From contig JAQGDQ010000131.1 of assembly GCA_030141605.1 (NCBI GenBank), positions 372,001 to 436,000 on the forward strand: a stretch of 64,000 bases of DNA. Direction: 5' to 3'. A program made the translations under genes and the position numbers. Under the pieces are notes generated by a model, which did not search any database, had not been told where the DNA came from, and worked only from the letters and a program-made list of their open reading frames with translations. Below are positions 1 through 11,669 of the stretch, piece by piece. Every line of letters starts with the position of its first letter. The stretch's first letter is position 1. Origin of the DNA: Tubiluchus corallicola. Its lineage: Eukaryota > Animalia > Priapulida.

Positions 1-785
1 TGATGATCGTATCTGCAACAACATCCTTTCCAGAAAACCTAACAGTTTTATAAATAAATAATTCTTGTTTTCATTGTATGAAGCAATTACTTATGTTGAG
101 ATTCAAGTGTTAGCACGTAAATGGCGATGCTACTTCTGAGATTTCTTTCACGGTATATTTGACAAATAAAAACGTGAAGAAATGTCTAAAAGTATCAGAT
201 AAAAAATAAAATCTATTTGTGCATTTTAATTTAGACAGAGGACGATGGCCCAGTGAGGTTCGTAGATAATAAGATTTTCACCGATAGTATGTTTTATGAA
301 ATGAGTTATCAATACACGTTTCAATATGAAAAATGTGAGTCTTTCAAAAATTTCCCTAAAATGCTTAAGCATACTAAAAATAGTTTTTGCTCTTCTGGAA
401 AAATAAAGTTTGCACTTCCACATAAATTTCCACTTTACCGGCCTTTTTCTTATGCAAAATTTCGAGACGGTTACCGTTTCGCTGCTTTAACAACGTAGAC
501 AAGTTTCAGAAACTTTCCACTTATGAATGATAGGATGCATGACAAGTTTTCGAACTTTTTTGTTCCTAATCAGACAAGCAGGCAGAAATATCAGAGTGTA
601 ATTGCAAATCATATCTTATAACTTAGTATTTCGTCGCTTGTTTCGATTATTTGTGAGTCGTGGTGACTGTCGAGAACGTTGGTTAACATATGTTGAAAAG
701 TTACATTCTAATAATTATTACGTATAAGAAGGTGCAGATTACGATTTTTTGAGTCACGTGTTTTGTTCCTGTGAGTTTATTTCCT

Positions 786-965
786 GCGAATTACTGTCTA
801 GCGTGAACGCCTCAGCGAGTTACTGTCTAGTGTGAACGCCTCAGCGAGTTACTGTCTAGCGTGAACGCCTCAGCGAGTTACTGTCTAGTGTGAACGCCTC
901 AGCGAGTTACTGTCTAGTGTGAACGCCTGAGCGAGTTACTGTCTAGTGTGAAACCTTAGCGAGTT
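786..965 (+). repeat. 29-bp minisatellite, about 6 copies
   Basis: Unit gcgagttactgtctag(c/t)gtgaacgcctca starts at 786, 815, 844, 873, 902 and 931, head-to-tail with no spacers. Confidence 0.95.
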
Positions 966-3900
966 GCTCTCGACACTTCTCGCAGTGAATACAGAAGGGA
1001 GCTTCAGCTCGAGCTTACTGTCGGAGAGTAACTCTCAGCGAGTTTTGCTTTCAATCTCAACACGCATGCGAGTTACATGGCGAGAAAGCTCGAAAGTTTG
1101 AACCGGTCTTTGGCGTATGCATCTATTTTTTAGAATATTGGAACAACTGTAGTTCCTAATCTTCGTACAAGTATCTAATGGTTCATGCTACAGGAAGCTC
1201 CGGGTATTAATGAATCATACCGGGATTAGCCAGTATAATGAATCAATGGAATAACGAAACGAGTATTATTAATAAAACTGTTCAATCAACTAATGAAACT
1301 TATAAAATAACTTTCGCTGATGAAACGCAAGCTATAAAATAACAAGAATAAAATCCGTGGTAGCATTTCAACGTCTAATTTCGTTTCTTTGAGAGAGTGT
1401 CTAATTATATCAGCGGATACAATGTTTGTGTGTCTATTAGCTTAAGCAGCTTATCCTGTTAAGAAATGCGTTGCTTCACCATTCGCCTTTGAGGATGAGG
1501 ATTAGTGCGAAAATTACTAAAGCATGAAGTCGCAATTGGATAGATTAGTGAACGACATACCTCAAATCAGGAATACAAGCTGGTACCTGCATCATTAGTT
1601 GCTAAACTCCACTTCAAGAATGAACTTCCAATAAGCTGAATATCTTACATATTATTGTAATCAGCAAAGACTGAAAGTATCCTAAATTTTAAGTCCTTTA
1701 TAACTATGCAAAGAATAACAAGACTAAATTATTCAGATCCAAATCTCCGAGCATGACTGTATTAATCACTTGACAGACTGAATGAGTTTAGATCAAAATC
1801 CGTGTGCATGACTGTGTTTATCACTGGACTACTTCTATTCTAGAGCGCCTTTCTCATAGGTGATTGAGCATAACAGTTTGCCCTTATTTTCACATTTTGG
1901 CTCCTATCTTGGGCCCTTCAGTAATCATAACTTTTCAACTATACCATTGTGTGAGCCTGTACCGCAGGTGCCTATCCTACAAATTTCGGGATTCTACATA
2001 CTACAGTTTCCCAGATATTCAATTTTACATCTCAAACTGACTGAAGTCCAGTGTCCTTAACCCTTTGGTCACCGTTCACATATTATTGTTAAGGCCCTAG
2101 CCCAGGTGTCCAACGTCCAAGTTTTGTCACCCTAGCACCCTACAATTGTGAGTTAACATGAATTAAAAACAGAGGCCTAAAAAAACCTCGGCCTAACATA
2201 AACGTAAACAACACACCTAACCACTACCAATAATAAAGAAAAATAATTGCATGGGTTCTCTTAGATCGGCGTTACTCGCTAATTATAAAAAAACAGTAAC
2301 TGCGAGTCCTAACACTGACTGCATTTTTGAGATCAATTGAGCACATGAGCTCTGAAGCTATCTCCTCTCCAGTTACCAAATACCTCCGTATACCTCTACA
2401 TCTCTAAGTAACTTTCTCGTTGAACATCCAGGTATGAGAAAAATAATCTGTTCCGCGATCTTACCTGTAATAAAAACGCAATCAAGACGAATTTCCATGT
2501 TCCTAATACATTTAACCTACATTGTTTCGCAGAGCACGATCGTGCGGTATTGGAGAAGCCTATCACTCACGTGTTAGCGGAAAGCTAGGCAGGTTAATGC
2601 GTGCAATAAGTCACTCGTTCAACTAGTTTATAGGTATTTTATTACTGGTCCAGGCGCGAGGTCGTTAATAAGCAACACTCATGCTTTGTGTCAAATGTTT
2701 GGAAGTCTAGATTCTAAGCAGAGACCATTCTTGTCAACGTCAGCATCAGAATTTTGATGTCCACCAAATCGTCGTCACCATGGCAAAAATTTTTTTACTG
2801 CACGATTAGAGCTTAGACCCCACCTCCTGCAACTTTGGTTGGACTCGGATCAGCTTTCCCAGAGAGACATCAAAGACACGCAGACAGACCCGACTGAGAA
2901 TAAGGGTCGACATAACTGACTGAGCTATCCAATCAATATATCTCTCACACGCGCGCACTGAATTTTTTATGTCACAAAGAGTGTACAGACCTGCAATTTT
3001 TCAGTAATTGCATCACATAGAGTAGAAGGCTATCTATAAAAGTAAAGCGGTGACAAATAAAAAGTACAGAAAGAAATAGTTTAATTGTAGGCAATAGTAA
3101 ATAGATGCAAAGTAACATAATGAAAACTATGTGGTTGGTGTTATTAAGAATGTACCGTGTACAGAGATATAATTGCAAACATGAGATTAGTCACATTCAC
3201 AAGGGACTGTATAATGTTAATAGCCAATTGGATTCGACCTTGAGCTTGTCATAATCCAAACTATATTCGTTTTTATATTTTTAATTCTTTTGGCCTATTC
3301 TCAACAAGCCTAACATTTATATCGCTAAGTTCATTTATTCTGTTGTTGTTTGACGAAATAAGATGAACAAACAAATCACGGCCCGTTTATATTACAACCA
3401 TTAGCTTCAAGGAGTAAGCAGGAATGGCGTCAAGAAGCGCCAAGTACATCAAAGGAAAATCAGCATCAAAAATCAACATGTACGTCAAAAATCTAGTGTC
3501 AAGCAAGAGTCAAGAAAAAGCATATGCAGTAAATAGCGTCAAGCAAGGCTTATACTAATAAGCATGTGTATGCAGTAATGTATACAAAGAATGTTCAACC
3601 CTTGTTCCATCCTTGACGCTGTTTTAAAAGCTTTGTTTGACCCTGCTGATACTTTAACTACTTGATGCTCTCAATGCTTTTGCTTAACGCTGATGGAAGC
3701 TAATTGACAGTTTTCAAAGTTCCTTAACGTTGCATCACTTGCATTTTCTTAATTAGTAGGCGCTGGACTTCTTTCAAAACAAAACAAAACAAAACAGAGT
3801 TACTTAATTCGCAAAAACTTGTCACGTTCTGCAAATACCGATGATTTTTATTGCAATTACTGTCAAAAAAAATATAAAAATATGCAAGATCGCGTGGCAT

Positions 3901-5210
3901 TTTCGATTATGACGAAGATATTATAACTTGAAATTAGACATTTTTCTCTTCAATGTTGTTTGGACCTTTTTGCTTTGGTCGAACTTGAGGTTTTGAAGTT
4001 TGAAGTTGATGATTATTATCACACGCAGTAACAACTACGATATGGTACTAAGACTTATAGCATGAAGTTTTATAATAACTGATTCAAAGACCGTCTTTCC
4101 TCCAACGCAAATGGTCTTTAGTTAATTCTGGAACGCAAATTCAGGCAATTTTATAAACGATAAGCGACTTGGATTTATTATTTATTTATTCGCGAGTGCA
4201 TAAAAGATAAGCAGTTTGATCAATGCCTACTACGAAAAACCTTTAATAATTAATTAATTCCTTAGAATAGCGAGAATGAGAACTTGAGCGTGTGCACTTA
4301 CTACGGACTTTAAAAACAATAACGTTAATTACCTCGTTATGGATGCCGTACTGCACTGCCATGGTGGTCTTTTGGGAGGTCCATGATGCGCTGCTTTCTC
4401 CATCTTTGCACTCTTGTAGGTATAATTTTTTCTCTTGATCACAATTTACACCATTCAAGAATGAAATACAAAATTAAGAGTACAATAACTAAATCGATAT
4501 TGACAAATTAGTTTAATGGAGTGAGATGTTAAACTTATCACCAACGAAAAAATATGCCTAGAGTTAGGCTTTTAACTAATGCACGGTTTGTGTAGAAAGA
4601 TTTAACGGTAAAAATTCACTTGGGAATGACGCTTCCAATGTGTGGTTTCAATCAAGAACGGATCGCAACACTCGCCACGTTCTCAAAGGAAGCCATCGTC
4701 TCAATATAGAATCTCGAAATCAGTGTATACACAACGTGCATAGTTTCAAGGATTTAACCGCAGCAGTGTACACCAATTATCGTCCACTTGTCAAAAAAGT
4801 ATTTACGCACGCTGTGAGAATCCACCGATTTTTGTCCACTAAACTTTCTGGGCGCTAGAAAAATGCAAATTCTTTATACTGGAATACGTCAGAAACAGTT
4901 TCAGAAACCACAGAAAGTAAAAAATAGCTAACGAAAGTCAACAAAAATCGAAAGACCACAGTTTTTATGTGTTTCTATAATGTTAAGTCGGTTTCTGGCG
5001 GTCACATTTTTACCGACAAAGCTGAATTTTCTGTCATTGTATCTAGATATATATCTTCTATAAAACTGCAAGCGAATCACTTTAGTCCCTTTTTAGTAAT
5101 GCCTTCACACATTTTAAGCCAATTGCTACAAAGTTAGCCTGCTAGTAGCAACATATATGCGTAATTGGCGTATTATATTAGACTTCTCAGTGTGACGGAG
5201 GGTAGCCATT

Positions 5211-5220
5211 GCGCATGCGC
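5211..5220. promoter_or_regulatory. NRF1/Ewg-type palindrome GCGCATGCGC, possible promoter element
   Basis: Exact consensus palindrome in an otherwise AT-rich region; no transcript evidence. Confidence 0.3.
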
Positions 5221-8200
5221 GGCATATCTATCGTACAGTTGTAGGGACGAACAGGCTTCACAGGTATTCCAGTGTGTTAGAAGATGCGGGGTGAGAGAAA
5301 ATTTATTATTAAATGAGCATTATGTAAACAGGTAAATATTGTGTCGACCTATGTTGGAATATAACATGACTCTGGTGTATGTGTTACTATACTTCAATGA
5401 TCATCTAGCTCTTGGCGACTTCTTCACATTCATATTATAAGCTGAGTCATTCTGATAGATATGTAAAAATGCATTGACAAAAGCCATGTTACGCCAAATA
5501 AGCTCTTGCACACATTATGCTACTCACTGAAATGTTTTTTTCTAGTTTAATGTGACAATATTAGTAGTAGTAGTAAATTTATTGACATCCCCAAGCAATT
5601 ATACAAAGTTATAACAGCAGTTTACACACACATAAATATATACATATATATATATATATGGTTGAAGATGGTATAACGCAATTTGTCTCTAGCCGCTCTT
5701 TTCTCGCTGATTATGGATTTAGGTGATGATAGTGAGCGACATTCATCGCCGTCGTCGTCATCATCATCTTCATCGTCGTCGTCTTCGTCATCGTTAGTCA
5801 GTAATCGAAAATCGGCGAATGTACCAAAGGCGATGAAATCGCCTCAACGATTTCCACCACCAGCAAACTGCCGCCATTTTCAGTTTTTCTTGGGAATAAT
5901 CAGTCCAGGAACAATAATCGATCAGAAATCAATAACTAGTCACTGGTCTCACATTTCGGTAGGAAAATATATAGATTTTAGAAAACGATCGCCTTTCGAT
6001 ATGATCGGAAACAAAAATTCCAATCAACCCGAAATCAGCAGTCGTTCCTCCTCCCAAAACACCAAAACGTTCAAAATTCTCACCTGCGAAGAGAGATTGT
6101 GGTCCTATGGGCACAGCATCTATTTTTGAATCTTTGCCTACACTAGTTTAAGTTATTTATAGTTTACACATCTTGTTATTCCCATCGCAACCACTCCATT
6201 ATGTGAAACTATTTTTTGTCGTTAACGAAAAGCGCAAACTTAATACACGTGCAAGCGCACAATGAACTGACGAGCTCATTTGCGGATTTAGCAGGGTCAG
6301 GATAATTCTGAAAAAAAGAAGCATGATTAGCACTCCATTGTACATGAGTTTTATCAAGATGTGCATTAAGCACGCCTCATGCTTGCTCTTAATAATCCAT
6401 CTGCATTATGGATGTGATGGAGGTCTGTTGTTGACTGGGGGGATAACTCGTCACGAGTAATCTCTGTCAGCCAGTCAGCCTCCAACTCTCTATAACAACT
6501 CGGTTTTACTAAATCGTCTGGAACAAGCAATGAGAGTATTATTTAGAAACGGTGATAGTAGTGGAAATGATAATGACGTTGCTATTGTTGAAGTTGTTGA
6601 TGATGATGATGGCGGTGGTGATTATGATGATGATGACCATGATGATGATAGTGGTGACGATGACGACGAGTGCAGGGCATGAGTGCGAAACTAGCGTGCG
6701 TCCATTTATTTTATCCTACAGGTAATTGAAAATATTTCTTGTCAGTCAGCTCCATTGAACATCTGAAACTTCAAAACGAAACGGTTACCAGTTTCCGTGT
6801 AACAGCTAATCCACATCTGATATAATATACAAGGAATTGTCTTCTTATTACCATCAACCCAATTTCCTGCATAGTACAGACCATTATTAATGATTAGTCG
6901 TTATTTAGCATCGAACTTCCTTCTTGGAAATTTTTGCTTCTTTGCTGATTAATGATAATGGCTGATCAAGGGACTTGTAATTTTTCTCCAAGAACAAGTC
7001 ATAAATAACACAGATCAGTAGGAATGGTCGACCTTGTTTAAAGGACGCTGTATAATGCTTGTAAATTTTGATTAAACTTCGAGCACGTAGGCCTGAAGTG
7101 GGAATTTCCTGAGAAAATATAACAAAGACGTGCAGTTTGTTAGACAATATGATAAAATATGTCAGAGAATTTTCGAAAAACCTACAGTAATTATTTTGCA
7201 AATCAAATTGCAATGACGATGAATACTAAAATTTTGTCTGAGTAAAAACTTCGCTAACAATCTATATAATGATCGTGTGTACAACAAGGTAACGCGCCCT
7301 GAAAGCACAAATGTTAATCGTACTGTATCATCGCGTCCGAATTTTCTTAAAATTCATTTTAAAGAACGACAAATATTCAGATTTAACTGAAATCATTCAA
7401 GTCCTTGGTAAAAGTCAGCAACTTTTTCATAAGCTAATGACTTAAAACCCCGAATGGCATGAAAAAATTGATTAAACTAAAACGACAGGAAATAAAAAAG
7501 AAATTATTTAATAAATAAAATTGAAAAAGTTGGTGATCACTTTTGACGTTTTTCTGTGACTTTTTACATGTGACTTTATTACCTGGATTCCAATCAGATG
7601 CTTAGTTTACAATCACCAGCCATAGAGAATGGCTCCTTTAAAATACGTGCTAACAATATTGCGTTGCCAACTACCTTGAGGCTGGTTATCTGCCTTGCTA
7701 TATATGCTTCAACGAATCATTGCCAGGCATATTGGGGCTAAGTGTATTGCCGCTGCTGCAAGCAAGAAAGCAGTGCAATAACAGTTGAAGTGGATATTAT
7801 GAAGTTTAGGGAAAGGTAGAAGCAATGGAATACAGCGTGGCATTGAGTCACGACGGAAGAATCGGATAGGCTAAAGATTTAAATAAGAAACGCAATGATA
7901 TTGTTAAGTGATTTTTGTACTTTTGCAAATTAATGTCTGTGCGCACAGTGACTGGCGCTGAAACCAATAGCAAAACAGACAAAGTGGCCACAAAGTAATT
8001 AACAGAGCAATAGCATTAGTGTATATATTGAAATGGCTCAGTGTTAATCAATCTTTCCTTTTGGCTGTAGATTAAACTACGTAGTTACTAGATGTCTGTA
8101 GTTGTATGGCCTTAGTAATATGGAAAGCCGTTATTGAATCAAAAGGCCGTTCCCTCGACTTCATAGACTGTACGTAATTATTATTCATAGGCCTCGCCCT

Positions 8201-8949
8201 TGCTCTTAGTCACATCGAGAGATTAACAGAATGACCACTATTAAATTTTTGCTAAAGTATATACTTTTCTACTGAGTGTTTTCACATATTTGCGACTGCA
8301 GTGATCAAAAACTTATAGCGGTAACAGGAAATTGTACTGTTACAGCGTGGCCTGCATTTTCCCAAAACTTTTTCCTGGAGTTAAAATTATTTTTTCGTAA
8401 TTGCGCAGCTTCGTTTACTCCAAGTAATAGAATTTAAAGCTGAAACCTGTAATTTATGGCGTGATGTTGTCTATTTAACCCGTCACATAACTCTTCCATT
8501 ACACGTAAATCATGGCTGACTTGAAGTAAGCTTGTCATATAACAATGCAAGGTCACAGCAATGATCTTGGAATGCTCTCTTCTCTCTCGTAATTTCCCTC
8601 AACAAATTAAATAGTTTAACATCAATTACTTAGCTCTTGTTGCGAATGAGAAATTTATGGCAATCTGGAGGAAAGATGATAAGCAAACTTCAAGGTGAAA
8701 TGTCAAATATAATTAAATTAAAAGCTTTTAAAAGTACATTATGTAACAGCTAGAATTCATGATTGCACACGATGGTTTATAAGCTTCGTCTAACATATTG
8801 TCAAAGTCATGTAGAGGATTGTTTCAATCTATTTTAATGAAGGATGCGTCAAGAAATAATTACCCTTCTACACAGAAGAAACCGAAATATGCAGATAAAA
8901 ATCGAAAAAACCGTGAAAAACAACATTTAATTTTAGTACTTAGTATTGC

Positions 8950-9120
8950 CGTTATTCATAACTCTGAGAGGGCATGAGTGCGATTCTTGTTGGTTTCTCA
9001 ATGAGAATGGCCTCATGACTCATTTCTTCAGCAACTTCGTTGATTTTTGATTTCTGGCAATTAGACATCAAAAGATTTAAAAACACATTAAATAAAGATA
9101 TTGGAATGATTAAAACATTA
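8950..9120 (-). mobile_element. CR1/L2-like LINE endonuclease fragment
   Basis: FNVFLNLLMSNCQKSKINEVAEEMSHEAILIEKPTRIA resembles the GDFNINLL...LI.KPTRI region of APE domains. Confidence 0.5.
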
Positions 9121-11024
9121 AAAATTCCGTTTATATCTACTTGTGATAACTTTAAGTATAGCTGGATATCATTTCCTGGCACTCTACATGTTTTGTCTTG
9201 GCTTGTCAGGAGAGGGATGTATAGCGCGTACCTCCTCTCCTGGTATTCACATTTTTGCAAAGTAGATTGAACATCTTAAATGACTATATATTCTGTAAAA
9301 ATGCGTATCCTTTGTACAATTTTTAAATAGGTAATTTATAGAATGGATAAATAAATTGGTCCGAAATGCGAAGCACTAACTTACTCTTTTATTAAATTTT
9401 TTCTTCTCAGCATATTTCGGTCATTTAAAACACCACCTAGCATTGCCATCGAATCCGTTTTATCGTAAAAATGTAGAATGGGAAGTACGCAGTTACTCCA
9501 ATGTGACGTCACAATATAAAAACTGGTTAAAAACTTATATGATTATATGATCAACGAAAACAAGGCCGGCTTCACGGCGAAACAAACCTATATACAAGGT
9601 TACATTGCATGCGAGTAACCCAAAATTACTATACTTACAATGGAAAAGACACCCCAATTTAAGACTAGTTCGCTGAACTTATCAATGTGCAAGATAGAAG
9701 TTAAATAATAAAACAGGGATCTTGTTGCTTCGATAAATGATTTGTTAAAGTCAATAATTAGATTACTAAGTAGCTCGGCTTTCAAACTGTCGGGCTAGCT
9801 AACAAGTGTTAACTTTCATCAGTTTACTGAATATTTCCAGAAATTTTCTACAAGTTTCGGAATTAATCTTCTGTCACCTAGAGCAAAAAGTAGCTCATGG
9901 AAGGCATCGCATCTGACGGTGAAGGTTGGGAATAACGGGGGGGGGGGTTTCAATTAACATGAAACGCTTTCTATTTGAATCAAGTTCAATGGACACACAC
10001 TATTGCATTAACATCTTTACGTTGGAGGTTGGGAAAACTATGCAGTGTTACCGAACGCAAGATAATAAACTGACATCCGCTATTTGTTTCACACTGTGGA
10101 AATTAGTCATTAGCGCCATACAATACAGCAGGACTAGGCTTCATTGTCGTATTAATTGCTGACGTTGTCCTCATATTAGCGTCTTTAATTAATTATTATG
10201 TCATGAACGCATATGATAATGTGCATCTAACGTGCACCAAATTGCTGTGTAGGGTTGTTACATATATCACACACCTGCGCAGGCTTCCATGTTCAGCAAT
10301 AAAAAGGTTAATAACAGCCTGTACCCGATAATAATTATGTTCATGTTTAACTTTATAATTTAGGAAAATTTGTGACATCACTATTTCTTCCCACTACACA
10401 TTTCGTTCTCCTTCCTGTGTTGCACAATTGCTGCTCACAGTTAAAAAGGTCGATTGGTAATTAACAAAATTGAATCCAAATCCGCGAGTATGGTCGTACT
10501 CGTCATTTGACTATGTCTGGCCAGTGTGGTTTATTCGGGTGTAAGATTTGTCCTAATTTTCGCATTTCGGCTTTTTTCTCGGACCGTTAAACAATACAAA
10601 CTTTTTTAACTACAGCAAGGTCTGAGCTTCGTCATGGATGTCTACCTTCCAAGTTTCGTGACTCTGCGTGCTGTACTTTCGAGTTATTCAATGTTGTGAG
10701 ACGGAGACAATAATAGGATGTCTAACAAGACAACCATAGCAACATTATGCTGAGGAATAACAGTTAAAATTCGTATTGGGGTAACGACTGCGACACAACA
10801 TAAACAGTCGCCCGGGGTTACATTTTTAAGTGTTTTAAAAATGAAATAAATAGAACTGACACGTAAACATTGATATGTATAATTATTTATAACTAATAAT
10901 TAGAAAGGTATTTCAATTCATATTACGATTGTAATTATTCAATGAAGGTATTGCAATTTGTAATTAAGATTGTAATTATTCATTACGATTTCATGATGTG
11001 CTAACTATATTTGTTCTAAAATTT

Positions 11025-11062
<38 letters not shown>

Positions 11063-11445
11063 ACTGAAAATAATATATTTTATTAGATTTTAAATAAATT
11101 CTAACAATGTATATATACAGTAGGAAATCAACATGTTGGTTTTCTTAGATACGCGAGTTTTTTTTTGTATGAATTTATCTTTGTATCTACACAGCTACAG
11201 TTGATTGTTGTTACTATTCGGCGAAGTATCTGTTCTTAAAGTGTGTTAAACAGAGCCCATGAATTCCCGTAAACGATATTTAAAACTCAGTACAAAGCTA
11301 AAAAATAATATATTTCTTTAAATCTAATAGAATCCAAGGAAGCGAACCTCGGCCTGCCATGTTTCCGCAAACGTGACTGAATAGCGCAGTCAAAAATGAC
11401 AAAATTAATAGTTATTTCGTTTGACATTCTTTGAGAGTATCTCGT

Positions 11446-11669
11446 TCATCTAAAAAGAAAAATAACACCACAAGCGCTGAGCTCGCAGGTAAAGCCCTCA
11501 TTTGCAGCACCTACATTGAAGCTCACACATGATGAACCATTCATAGAACACAAGCGAGCGCATTTCAATTCAATGATTACATCAAATGTGGTCAACGTGT
11601 AGTCTCTGCAAACCGAAAACATGTTGCAGAGTTGAATGCGGTTGCTAAGCAAATGAAGAACTTGATCAT
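11446..11669 (-). pseudogene. Orphan PAN/Apple-domain coding segment (isolated exon or frameshifted pseudogene)
   Basis: LKCARLCSMNGSSCVSFNVGAANEGFTCELS has the C-x3-C-x6-C-x-SFN...C-x-L PAN signature. Acceptor ttttcggtttgcag| at 11605; an out-of-frame hydrophobic leader MIKFFICLATAFNSATC starts at 11669. Confidence 0.55.

Noticed and set aside
786-965. CRISPR-like array of 29-bp repeats
   Set aside because: The units are head-to-tail with no unique spacers, the context is eukaryotic, and there are no cas genes.
5683-6129. 148-aa ORF with poly-Ser
   Set aside because: It is driven by a (TCR)n microsatellite, starts at TTG and has no recognisable domain.
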